DNA of 64,000 nt from a virus, in the IMG/VR virus record IMGVR_UViG_3300017792_000017, positions 32,001-96,000 of that record; one strand, 5' to 3'. Within the stretch, counting starts at the first letter, position 1, and each line of letters starts with the position of its first letter. Positions 29,224-37,980 of the stretch are shown in pieces. The notes beneath the pieces were generated by a model that saw only the letters and a program-made list of their open reading frames with translations, did no database searches and was not told the DNA's origin. The position numbers and the translations under genes were made by a program.

Positions 29224-30834
29224 TTAAAAATCAAATATGTTATTGTCCTTAACTTCGTCCACTGTTGTGAATTCACCTTTAAGAACCATATACGCTATGT
29301 TAGCGAAAACTATGCTGTGGAACCAATCATCACACAAGTCTTCATCTTTCTTATAAAGGCGACGTCCAGTAATGGATTCCTCTTCGAAAATGTTTAGCGC
29401 ATCTTGCCAGAACTCTGACATCAGATTCCAGCATGGTGTTTCAATACGATCACGACCAAGCTTAGCCTTAAGTACCATCGTGTCCATATTAGTAGTTCTA
29501 TCTGCAGAAAAGAACTTCCCCTCTTTGTCCCAACGAAGCGTAGACTTTGCTGCTACATATTGTACAGAATTAACTCTATCTTCGCCAATACTTTTTCTCA
29601 TCAATTCTACTTGAAGCTGACCAACACCACGGTCTGAAGCAAGCATTGTACATTTATACTGAGCGTACAATTCTTCTACGCGCTTTACCTGATCCAAGAT
29701 GTCAATACCGTTTAAACGTTGAGCGTAGACTAGATAAGCTTTGCCATTCCAGTCATAGCCAAGAATAGTAATAACCGTATACGAGTTTGAGCCACCACTC
29801 ACTGACCAGTCTACTCCAAGCACTGTATGTAGAATACCCCGGTCATCCATAGGAAAACCCTTATCCCACTCAGTCTTGTTGTTGTTACAACATGCCATTA
29901 CTTCTTTAAGTGATAGTGGACGACCAGCTAGACCGCTAGGGCATCCAAACACTTCGTTAGCAAGTTTAGGTACTGAATATGTCTTCGATTTATGAAGAAG
30001 ATCCTTCCACTTCTTAGGCTTTGTACGAGCGGGGAAGATTAGCTGTGGCAAATGGAATCCATAATGATCCTTCTCTAAAGGCTTTGCCGCTACCCACTTA
30101 CCAGTCATCATATCAAGTAAGCCACCACAATACACACAGCCTGGACCATCCTTATTTGCATGCAGCATTTTATGACAAATATCGAAATCGATAGGAAGCG
30201 TGAACTTACCACAATGCGTACACTTAACCGCCCACTCCATCATGTTCGATTGCTTGAACTTTTGTGTGAGTGAGTTTGTTTCTGTCTTAGCCGTGCCTGT
30301 ATATCGTCTGAAGGCAAAGTCTGAAGCACCTAATGTCTCTGCAAGAATCGGTGCACATTCAAGGCTGGTGTCCTGGAACTCATCCAGATATAGCGCATCA
30401 GCGAATACTCCTCGAATACGGTCGGCATCTTGTTCAGTTTCTGCGTAACCAAGAGTTACAGCACTGCCATTAGTGAATGATTTAGAGAATACGTTTTTAC
30501 GTGAACCTGCATCAACGAAGTGTTTACGAATCAGAGGTGAGCTTAAGAACGGGTCTAGGTATGCTGTTGAGAATCTTGAAGTCTGTTGAGATAACGGGCT
30601 GCTGAATAGAGTTGAAAAGTGTGGACGAACGAGGCTGTTGGCAACAATAGCTGCGCCAAGTGAGACTGACTTACCAATCTGTCGTCCAGCCATCAGCGTC
30701 ATTTCATTTGGAGAAACGTCATAGATGATTTCGAACGGTTTGTAGTCTTCGAGATTTAGAGGTTTACCTTTTAGGGTTAAAAGTGCCTTGGAAATCTCGG
30801 AGGGTCTTAGTTTTAAAAGGCTTGCTGTATCCAT
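29224..30834 (-). CDS. terL: Terminase large subunit (GpA-like)
   Basis: Walker A AGRQIGKS, Walker B LYLDE, CxxC pairs, nuclease LGVDW and C-terminal DDWFHS. Confidence 0.9.
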   Translation of the reverse strand: MDTASLLKLRPSEISKALLTLKGKPLNLEDYKPFEIIYDVSPNEMTLMAGRQIGKSVSLGAAIVANSLVRPHFSTLFSSPLSQQTSRFSTAYLDPFLSSPLIRKHFVDAGSRKNVFSKSFTNGSAVTLGYAETEQDADRIRGVFADALYLDEFQDTSLECAPILAETLGASDFAFRRYTGTAKTETNSLTQKFKQSNMMEWAVKCTHCGKFTLPIDFDICHKMLHANKDGPGCVYCGGLLDMMTGKWVAAKPLEKDHYGFHLPQLIFPARTKPKKWKDLLHKSKTYSVPKLANEVFGCPSGLAGRPLSLKEVMACCNNNKTEWDKGFPMDDRGILHTVLGVDWSVSGGSNSYTVITILGYDWNGKAYLVYAQRLNGIDILDQVKRVEELYAQYKCTMLASDRGVGQLQVELMRKSIGEDRVNSVQYVAAKSTLRWDKEGKFFSADRTTNMDTMVLKAKLGRDRIETPCWNLMSEFWQDALNIFEEESITGRRLYKKDEDLCDDWFHSIVFANIAYMVLKGEFTTVDEVKDNNIFDF

Positions 30835-30857
30835 GTTCCTATCTTAGTACTCTATTT

Positions 30858-30866
30858 TGGTATAAG
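30858..30866 (+). promoter_or_regulatory. TGGTATAAG promoter motif
   Basis: One of 12 copies, each upstream of a plus-strand cassette. Confidence 0.7.
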
Positions 30867-30952
30867 AACTATGTAGTAAACATACGTCAATCCATGATTA
30901 TATCTTTAGGACTGGTGTAGTTATAAATATTCTACGAGAAAGGGTTTTTAAA

Positions 30953-31444
30953 ATGAGACTAATGTGTGGCGCAGTAATTGAACGTATTCCCAGCGTAGTT
31001 CTGACTGACGATCAGAAGCAGCAATGGGAGAGGTGGATCAATGCCCTTGAGTCTGGCGAGTTCAAGCAGACTACGTTCGCTCTAAGAGATGAGACTGGCT
31101 TCTGCTGTCTCGGGGTTGCTTGTAACCTCGTTGATCCAGAAGGTTGGACTTTTGATACTGGAGCACATGCGTACAGTTTTCTCCCGAATGAAGCTTGTTC
31201 TACAGAGAATGCTGTCAAGGACCATTTAACTCCTTTTGTTCGAGGTCATTACGGGTCTGAACTAGGTCCACTAGGACTGTACGTAGGAGGTAGATTTCCG
31301 GATGAGGAAGGGAATACTCTGGAATTACATTCTCTTTCATTATCAGGGATAAACGACATGGGTGCTACCTTCGTGGAAATAGCTGAGATCTTGAAAAAGG
31401 CAATGGACGGGGGATACACCCGTTCGGTTGCTCTGATCAAGTAG
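30953..31444 (+). CDS. Conserved hypothetical phage protein
   Basis: WINALESGEFKQ...FCCLGVAC motif; own promoter and downstream hairpin. Confidence 0.7.
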   Translation: MRLMCGAVIERIPSVVLTDDQKQQWERWINALESGEFKQTTFALRDETGFCCLGVACNLVDPEGWTFDTGAHAYSFLPNEACSTENAVKDHLTPFVRGHYGSELGPLGLYVGGRFPDEEGNTLELHSLSLSGINDMGATFVEIAEILKKAMDGGYTRSVALIK

Positions 31445-31523
31445 CCATCGGGTGTCTTAAGTCTCGGGATTAGTTGCAGCCTCTTCTAGTCCCGAGGCTA
31501 TTTTTCAATTTTTTAGCTAATTT

Positions 31524-31604
31524 GGGTATAACAGTATTGTAAAGGCTGTGCATAGCTTTTATAGGTATCAGATATTTCAATAATTTAGAGATGTTTGGTA
31601 TAAC
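31524..31604 (+). promoter_or_regulatory. Tandem promoter motifs (GGGTATAAC at 31524, TGGTATAAC at 31596)
   Basis: Two copies upstream of the ubiquitin-like gene. Confidence 0.6.
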
Positions 31605-31676
31605 TATACTGGACAGGTAGAAAATACATTTCCAAAGTCCATCTTTTTATTTAGCTAAAACAAAGGATTTACCCAA

Positions 31677-32099
31677 ATGGCTGCAACCGTAACCAAGACT
31701 ATCGTTACCATCGCTTCGACCGACACCGAGTATCAAATTCCGGGTGATTACACACCGGCTTCGATCCAACGCAACTACGCTAACGATATTCCTAATATCG
31801 GCAGCATGCAATTCGAAGAGCGTGTCGTTACGCAAGACGGTGAAACGGTTCGTGAAATCACCTTCAAGCCCCGCACGGGTACGAAGGGCGCTGGTGTAAC
31901 GAAGACTATCGTGACCATCGCTTCGACGGACACGGAGTACCAGATTCCGGGTGACTACACCCCGGCATCGATTCAACGCAATTATGCGAACGACATCCCG
32001 AACATCGGTTCGATGCAGTTCGAAGAGCGTGTTGTGACGCAAGACGGCGAGACCGTCCGTGAGATCACCTTCAAGCCGCGCACCGGCACGAAGGGCTAA
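31677..32099 (+). CDS. Tandem (di-) ubiquitin-like protein, Prok-Ub/PRTRC protein C-like
   Basis: Two identical 67-aa units each ending FKPRTGTKG; AAGGA RBS; upstream of E2, JAB and E1 genes. Confidence 0.8.
   Translation: MAATVTKTIVTIASTDTEYQIPGDYTPASIQRNYANDIPNIGSMQFEERVVTQDGETVREITFKPRTGTKGAGVTKTIVTIASTDTEYQIPGDYTPASIQRNYANDIPNIGSMQFEERVVTQDGETVREITFKPRTGTKG
31689..32096 (+). repeat. 201-bp imperfect tandem repeat (31689-31889 and 31896-32096)
   Basis: 67/67 amino acids identical; 30 codons differ synonymously by my count. Confidence 0.95.
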
Positions 32100-32100
32100 G

Positions 32101-32219
32101 TATTACTTCAGTTGCTTTTAGCATCTGAGTAATGGTACGAGCAGCAGGGTTCCTCCTAGCCAAGCTGCTCGTCTTTCCTGTTTTTTTTAGTCGAGCTAGG
32201 AGCTTAAGAAAAACAGGAA
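32101..32219 (+). ncRNA. Structured intergenic RNA: three hairpins with loop-loop complementarity
   Basis: acgagcagc/gctgctcgt and ttcctgttttt/aaaaacaggaa stems; loops contain ctcctagc and gctaggag. Confidence 0.55.
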
Positions 32220-32237
32220 TAATAAAGGACATTTACT

Positions 32238-33155
32238 ATGCAGACTTTTAAAGTACCTCGCTCAAGTTCTAATTTACCTAGAGAGGTGAATAAGCTTAGA
32301 GTAGATGCAGAAGAGAAATTCAAACATTTCTGCACCAAGATGATCGTTGATAGCAAACTGTCAACGAAGACGTTCAATTACCAGTTTGATATGTGTGGTT
32401 CGAGGTCTGGTGGTCAACGTAAGTCAGTACAGAAACTGAAAGACATTCTGCTTAAGGCGGTTAAGAAACAGGTTCCGTATCTTGAGTATATGTCTGGGGG
32501 AGATCTTCTGTTTAATAACAACGGGGCTAACAGCGTAAACATAAAGCTTGTTTCTCCGTACATGATGCTCACTATTCCTGATGGTAATGAAGTCTCACTC
32601 CTCTTAGAAAGCGCTAAGTGGGTTAAAGTAATGCGTCGTTACTTTCGATTTCTGAACTACAAGTGTATGAGAAATGGTATCTCTCTCAACATTGACCGGA
32701 TTCGTACAAACGTAGAAGGCCATGCAGATGAACATGATACGTATAGACAGTGGACCAATAACAGAGGTCCGAAGTCTGACTTCACTGGTAGATTCAAAAT
32801 TACGCTGACTGCCAAAGTATCCATTCGTGGATACTCGCATGATGCGTATCTACGCTATAATCCTCTCGGTGTTGAGCCAATTCCAGGCGTTGATACTCAC
32901 GAAAAGCTTGCCCAACATTTTCTTGAAAATAATCAACTGGATAATCTTCGTGCATATAGAAACGTTGAGATATGGGACACATACGATATCACTTCTCGTC
33001 GTGGGCTTTCAGTCTACCCGGATTCAGAAAGATTTATGGCGGTAGAGAAAATCTTCCTCGTTCTGGAAGAGATGCAACAAGTAATTAAGACACTTTCTAG
33101 AAAATCGAACTATGATACTGCAGCGTTTAATATCGGAAGCGACAGCTCTACCTGA
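32238..33155 (+). CDS. Hypothetical protein in the Ubl operon
   Basis: 305 aa, AAGGA RBS, basic; no motif recognised. Confidence 0.7.
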   Translation: MQTFKVPRSSSNLPREVNKLRVDAEEKFKHFCTKMIVDSKLSTKTFNYQFDMCGSRSGGQRKSVQKLKDILLKAVKKQVPYLEYMSGGDLLFNNNGANSVNIKLVSPYMMLTIPDGNEVSLLLESAKWVKVMRRYFRFLNYKCMRNGISLNIDRIRTNVEGHADEHDTYRQWTNNRGPKSDFTGRFKITLTAKVSIRGYSHDAYLRYNPLGVEPIPGVDTHEKLAQHFLENNQLDNLRAYRNVEIWDTYDITSRRGLSVYPDSERFMAVEKIFLVLEEMQQVIKTLSRKSNYDTAAFNIGSDSST

Positions 33156-33369
33156 TCTGTCATCGGAAGTTAAGGAAGCACAGAGAGAGTTCAATTCTAT
33201 CGGAAGCGATCTCAGTGCTAAAGACCTTGAAACAATGGCCAAGGTAACGATTAAAACCTATGCTTGTGAGACTACCTCCAGGCGTAAGGTTAGCGTTAAG
33301 ACCATTGAAATGGGAATTGTTAAAGCCAAACATGCATCTGTTGAAGAGGATGAAGAGGATTTCGTATGA
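33112..33369 (+). CDS. Small hypothetical protein (start uncertain)
   Basis: Fills the gap; ATGA overlap with the E2 gene. Confidence 0.45.
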   Translation: MILQRLISEATALPDLSSEVKEAQREFNSIGSDLSAKDLETMAKVTIKTYACETTSRRKVSVKTIEMGIVKAKHASVEEDEEDFV

Positions 33370-34118
33370 GCGACTTTATTGTTGATGAAGTTAAAGAAGT
33401 TAATGTGGAAGAACAAGTGGAGCTTGTCAACGCACAAGGCCAACACATTATTCTCTTTGAAGATTGTGTAGCAGCTTTGATTGGTGATGACACGAGTCAG
33501 ATTCAAAAGCGTATTACGTACGAAGATTTCGGGAGCATCATTAACTCGATTCTGAATCGTCGTAATGAAGAGTCTCTTGAAGGATTCCAGCTTCCTGCAA
33601 ACTGTTTCTTCTTTGCGAAGTCTGGTAACTCGATTCAGCTCAGCTGTTACTATGCTGAGCGAATTGCTGAGATGGCTCACTTGGATACGAAGTATACGCT
33701 TAAGACGCCGAACTTCATTATCAGCCATAAGCTTGAGAAGCACAACGGAAAGCAGTGGCGTGTAACTGAGTCTAGGTTCTTCTGTACAGATTCCAAGGTT
33801 GGTGCATTACCGAAGGGTTTAATCTGGGATCCAGACCACAGCAATCATGTGTTCATTTCTCCGTTCCCGAACACGTATCCTGAAGGTCGTATGTGTTATG
33901 GTGGCAATTCAATGCCTTCGATCTTTCAGGACAACAACCTTCAAGGTCTGAACTGGTATTATCAGTTCTTGTTCGAATCCCCGTTCAACAATGACCTGGG
34001 TCTGCGTTCTGTTCGAGGTGATGATATGACTATTAATCAGTGGTTCGAACTTCTTGCACAAACTGCTAAAGACAATCTTGCATTCCCGTACAACAAACTT
34101 CGTGGTTATTCGCGTTAA
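33366..34118 (+). CDS. Prokaryotic E2 conjugating enzyme (Prok-E2 D / PRTRC protein B-like)
   Basis: SPFPNTYPEGRMCYG with candidate catalytic Cys; FESPFNNDL; context with Ubl, JAB and E1. Confidence 0.7.
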   Translation: MSDFIVDEVKEVNVEEQVELVNAQGQHIILFEDCVAALIGDDTSQIQKRITYEDFGSIINSILNRRNEESLEGFQLPANCFFFAKSGNSIQLSCYYAERIAEMAHLDTKYTLKTPNFIISHKLEKHNGKQWRVTESRFFCTDSKVGALPKGLIWDPDHSNHVFISPFPNTYPEGRMCYGGNSMPSIFQDNNLQGLNWYYQFLFESPFNNDLGLRSVRGDDMTINQWFELLAQTAKDNLAFPYNKLRGYSR

Positions 34119-34132
34119 TCAAGGATATACAA

Positions 34133-35446
34133 ATGGAAATCATTAGCCAACACATTAGCTGCGTTGTTCTTCCCAATGAACTTCAAGCAGCAGTAGACGC
34201 TGGTTATAGCGAAATCTACGCAATGACCAGCGAAGGTATTATCAAGCATCACAAGCTTCGTGGTCGTAATCGTTTCGTGCGACTCAAGGTGGAAAAACTT
34301 CCGACAAACTATAAGGAAGGAAAGATCTCGCAAGAAATCAACTTCCTGCCAGATGGCAAGATTCCTATTCAGTTGTTTGATCAGGTCGTAGCCTTCTTCA
34401 AGCAAGTGATGGAAGTGAAGAAGTCCGAGCTTGAAGCAATGATCTGGGTTTGTTGGGATCAAGAGAGTGGTTATCATCTGATCGTTCCTGAGCAGCGTGT
34501 GTCTAAGGCTTCGGCATCGTATGACTGGAACTCACTGCCTGCTGGCAAGACTATTGTGTGTGACATTCATAGTCACAATACGATGGGTGCATTCTTCAGC
34601 ACCACGGACAATAACGATGACCGTGGCAATATCGGTTTCTCGGGTGTGATCGGTCGTCTGAAGGATGAAACTCCGCAAACGGTGTGGCGCTTTAATTACA
34701 AGGACAAGAAGATCGACTGCAACTTCGATGACATCTTTGTCCTCCCTACTCGTGAAGAGCAAGCAATTCCTGAAGATTGGATTTCCAAGATCGTAACTAC
34801 GAGTCCTGGGTATTCGACTGGAGGGAACAACACAAAGGGAAAAGCGGATCATCTAAAGCCTTGGCAGTACACAAGGGGCGGAAGCGAGGACGTAGGAAAT
34901 CGGGCAGGGCCGCATATGCAGGCTCGTGATCGGGGGTTACTTCCCGATGGTTATGGGAACTATTGGGAGGAGCACTCAGCTGCCGCTGGAGCTGGAGCAG
35001 GCTTCCCCTGGGAGTCCTGGGCCTTCAACCCTGATGCAGTAGACGCTGACGGTATCATCGACACGTCTATGCTTACGCTTGATAAGGCAGAGCGTGCTCT
35101 GGCGGTTCTTCGTGAGAACCCTGAGTATGAAGAGTCTCATCTGAGCGCTCATCCGCAGTTGTTCCCGTACAATCCTGATTTCGATCCTGATGCTAACACA
35201 ACGTTTGACTGTGATGAGCGTTATGAAGAAGTCAAGGAAGTTCATGGCAAAGACGTTGCTGACATCTATTGTTTGATCGATGATGGCATGGCTGTGCTGA
35301 ACGGAAAGGATGAACTCGTAGAAACTCTGATGGCAGACATGATTCATATGATGTCAGAAGAAGGTCAAGAGGAATTGTTCAAACGTCTGTATCAGGAACT
35401 TCCTGACAGTGCTCAAGAACGTATCCAGATGAACGGTATCCATTAA
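34133..35446 (+). CDS. JAB/MPN+ metallopeptidase (PRTRC protein A-like) with long acidic C-terminal extension
   Basis: ELEAM (Glu) ... DIHSHNTMGAFFSTTDNNDD (HxH...S..D JAMM motif). Confidence 0.85.
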   Translation: MEIISQHISCVVLPNELQAAVDAGYSEIYAMTSEGIIKHHKLRGRNRFVRLKVEKLPTNYKEGKISQEINFLPDGKIPIQLFDQVVAFFKQVMEVKKSELEAMIWVCWDQESGYHLIVPEQRVSKASASYDWNSLPAGKTIVCDIHSHNTMGAFFSTTDNNDDRGNIGFSGVIGRLKDETPQTVWRFNYKDKKIDCNFDDIFVLPTREEQAIPEDWISKIVTTSPGYSTGGNNTKGKADHLKPWQYTRGGSEDVGNRAGPHMQARDRGLLPDGYGNYWEEHSAAAGAGAGFPWESWAFNPDAVDADGIIDTSMLTLDKAERALAVLRENPEYEESHLSAHPQLFPYNPDFDPDANTTFDCDERYEEVKEVHGKDVADIYCLIDDGMAVLNGKDELVETLMADMIHMMSEEGQEELFKRLYQELPDSAQERIQMNGIH

Positions 35447-35451
35447 GGATT

Positions 35452-35483
35452 CAGAGGCGCTCCTAACCGAGCGCTTCTTTTTT
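35452..35483 (+). terminator. Intrinsic terminator
   Basis: gcgctc/gagcgc stem plus U-run. Confidence 0.7.
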
Positions 35484-35498
35484 TAGATAGGTGAGAAG

Positions 35499-35705
35499 AT
35501 GAGTGAAGTCATGGATTGGGCGTATAAAAATACTGTCCATTTGGTTAAAGATTTTCACACTGCAGCACATTGTATTACGACTGGTGGAGAAGGAACGCCT
35601 CCATTCATTTCTGCATCTTTTAGTGTTGATGGATTATCGTTTCTGATTGGGATGGCTATTGCTAGGTACGAAAATGATAAGGAGAAGAAATGCATTACAA
35701 CATGA
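35499..35705 (+). CDS. Hypothetical protein
   Basis: 68 aa with RBS-like sequence. Confidence 0.45.
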   Translation: MSEVMDWAYKNTVHLVKDFHTAAHCITTGGEGTPPFISASFSVDGLSFLIGMAIARYENDKEKKCITT

Positions 35706-35815
35706 CTGAGTGGTTTTTGTATTTTCTGGAATGTCAAGCTCGTCCGGATAAACGGCGTCGATTCAAAAACTATAATCATTTCTTGGAATGGCTGGCAGAG
35801 TCTCACAATGACTGA
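35690..35815 (+). CDS. Small hypothetical protein (41 aa)
   Basis: AAGGAG RBS; MHYNMTEWFLYFLECQARPDKRRRF...; below the ORF-track cutoff. Confidence 0.45.
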   Translation: MHYNMTEWFLYFLECQARPDKRRRFKNYNHFLEWLAESHND

Positions 35816-35951
35816 AGAAAAGAACAAAGAAAAACAGGAATCAATGCGTGAAGGTTTTGAGGCACAACGTCAAGCTGGGGTTAATGTTGATTGGTTTACT
35901 TGGCAAATTGCTTGGAACGATGGCTGGATTGCAAAGGAATTATCTAGATGA
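35808..35951 (+). CDS. Small hypothetical protein (47 aa)
   Basis: MTEEKNKEKQESMREGFEAQ...WQIAWNDGW; overlaps both neighbours. Confidence 0.5.
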   Translation: MTEEKNKEKQESMREGFEAQRQAGVNVDWFTWQIAWNDGWIAKELSR

Positions 35952-36166
35952 TTTGTGCATATTGTAAAAAAGATGAAGATACAAGACCTTACGGATATAA
36001 AGGTGCGATGATTTGTTTAGACTGCGCTATGAAGCCTGACAATAAAAAAGAAACAGAAAAGAATTTTGAGATGCAACTTGATGCAGCTCTCTCTGCTGGC
36101 AACAACGTAGCTATCATCGGGGAAGAAACTGGACCTCGTCCTTTAAATACCGATTCTTTGGTATAA
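35948..36166 (+). CDS. Small Zn-finger-like protein
   Basis: CAYC...RPYG...ICLDC. Confidence 0.6.
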   Translation: MICAYCKKDEDTRPYGYKGAMICLDCAMKPDNKKETEKNFEMQLDAALSAGNNVAIIGEETGPRPLNTDSLV

Positions 36167-36167
36167 G
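36159..36167 (+). promoter_or_regulatory. TGGTATAAG promoter motif for E1
   Basis: Motif copy upstream of 36243. Confidence 0.7.
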
Positions 36168-36242
36168 AGTATTGAACGGACCGCCACGTCCTTAAACAAG
36201 GTCATTGCGCCTATATGTTGTCTAACCTTCGGAGTCATTTTT

Positions 36243-37514
36243 ATGTTTACGTTTCGTCCCTCCTCTATTCCTTCGAACATTTTTGTAGTTGGCTGCGGTG
36301 GAACTGGCTCACGGCTGGTACCGGCACTGATTCAATTCATCCGGTCCATCACGAAAGAACACGTACCGTCGGGCTGGCTCGGCACCACGAACATCGTCTT
36401 GGTTGACGGTGACGTTGTTGAGCAGAAGAATTTGATTCGTCAGAACTTCGTTCAGAGCGACGTGGGTAAGAACAAGGCTGCAGTACTGGCCAATCGCTAT
36501 GCAAAGGCGTATGGCATGAACGTCGTTGCATATCCTAAGTTCATCGAAGAGAATACGAATCCATATCACTTCCGCAGTCTGCTATCGGAAGTAAGCGGCC
36601 TTGATATTCAGCATCGTTTCAACGACATGGTTATCATGTGTGTTGACAGTGCCAAGGCTCGTCGTATCGTTATCGAAGCCTTTTCTGTTAACGGTGATCC
36701 CACGGTGTTCATTGATGCAGGCAACGAAGACAGTTTTGGTCAAGTCCGTATGTTCCACAATGTAGGCTTTGTTGATTACGATTATGGCAGTGCTGAAGCT
36801 GCGCGTCCGCATTTCAAGAATCCGGAACGTATTGAGTACGCACACGATCATCTGAGCTACATTCCATTCGATTACTATTTCTATCGTGATCTGGAAGACA
36901 ATCCTGGTCTCGGTAGTTGTGCAGATCTTGATCAGACGTTGGCTATCAATTCATTGATGGCTATGTACATTCTGTCGTTCGTGCAGAATCACTTCTATAA
37001 CAAGGCTATCGACTACAATGCGGTGTCGATTGATATCGTCAGTGGATCGACCTCGTATACGAAGAATACAGTTGTGGAATATCGCAACAAGATGATTCAT
37101 GGCGACGCTGATTTGACTCAAATCGGTACGGGTTGTGCTGGAATGCTTGGAGGACTGACTGGCATTAACGCCGTTGACGTACTGAATATGTTCATTCGTC
37201 GTAATGCTCTTGAAGTGGATGCTCTGATCAAGGCTCAGACGTCTGGCGAGCCGGTAGTTAAAGAAGCAGAGAAGCCCAAGAAGAAAGCCAAGGTCAAGGA
37301 GCTTCGTCCGATCATTCAGGTTCAGCCGATGGATGTTGAGATGACTCCTGTCTATAGTGGACTTGTTGGAACTTCGGAACCCTTGGTAGGCGAGGTAAGT
37401 GGTCCTACGTTGGTAGATTTTGAAGCTGAAGCTAACAACGTATCTTTCGCTCTTCCTGAAGCGGCTGCAGAAGAAGCACGGCCATCAGTGTGGGATAACG
37501 TCGATCAGTTTTAA
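36243..37514 (+). CDS. E1 / ThiF-family activating enzyme (PRTRC ThiF-like)
   Basis: VVGCGGTGS, DGDVVEQKNLIRQNF, GKNKA, CVDS..AR, DAGNE; candidate catalytic Cys in GSCADLDQ. Confidence 0.9.
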   Translation: MFTFRPSSIPSNIFVVGCGGTGSRLVPALIQFIRSITKEHVPSGWLGTTNIVLVDGDVVEQKNLIRQNFVQSDVGKNKAAVLANRYAKAYGMNVVAYPKFIEENTNPYHFRSLLSEVSGLDIQHRFNDMVIMCVDSAKARRIVIEAFSVNGDPTVFIDAGNEDSFGQVRMFHNVGFVDYDYGSAEAARPHFKNPERIEYAHDHLSYIPFDYYFYRDLEDNPGLGSCADLDQTLAINSLMAMYILSFVQNHFYNKAIDYNAVSIDIVSGSTSYTKNTVVEYRNKMIHGDADLTQIGTGCAGMLGGLTGINAVDVLNMFIRRNALEVDALIKAQTSGEPVVKEAEKPKKKAKVKELRPIIQVQPMDVEMTPVYSGLVGTSEPLVGEVSGPTLVDFEAEANNVSFALPEAAAEEARPSVWDNVDQF

Positions 37515-37523
37515 GTATCAAAG

Positions 37524-37555
37524 AAAAAGCCCCTGTTTTACGAGGGGCTTTTTTT
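37524..37555. terminator. Bidirectional terminator
   Basis: aaaaagcccc/ggggcttttt between convergent genes. Confidence 0.8.
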
Positions 37556-37572
37556 AGCTTAGTTGCAAGCGC

Positions 37573-37980
37573 TCACGAGATTCGCTCACGACTGGACGTA
37601 GTTAAATTATCTGTGACAGTGAATTGAGCCAGGGTCGTACCGTCTTGTCTAAGCATAATCAGTGTACCAGCAGTTTTATCCCACTGCCAGCTACCAACGG
37701 CTTCATCTTGGATATTCTTGGTAATTGTGTAAAGCGATTGAGTTACTACATTTACTACTCCTTGAATAACACCAAACGCATAAAGCAAGTATGTGCCAGT
37801 AACAGTAGGTGTAAATGTCAAGTTATATAGAGGACCTGCGACAGGGGCAAACGTAACTTGAAGAACGCTTACTGCACCATTGAAAAGAAGAATTTGGTCA
37901 GGTGGGGCTGTAAGACCTGTGCTTGGCCCTTGAGCAGTAATGGTAACTGGGTTGTTTACTTCGATTTCAATTGAATACAT
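37573..37980 (-). CDS. Hypothetical (probably virion) protein
   Basis: 135 aa beta-rich; late-strand operon. Confidence 0.55.
   Translation of the reverse strand: MYSIEIEVNNPVTITAQGPSTGLTAPPDQILLFNGAVSVLQVTFAPVAGPLYNLTFTPTVTGTYLLYAFGVIQGVVNVVTQSLYTITKNIQDEAVGSWQWDKTAGTLIMLRQDGTTLAQFTVTDNLTTSSRERIS

Noticed and set aside
31647-32042. Antisense 131-aa ORF over the Ubl gene
   Set aside because: Silent-site divergence preserves the plus-strand protein, not this one
31689-32096. Ubl repeat as a DGR template/variable pair or an assembly artefact
   Set aside because: Differences are synonymous and not adenine-specific; the RT has retron-type motifs; 30 recoded codons exclude a duplicated read
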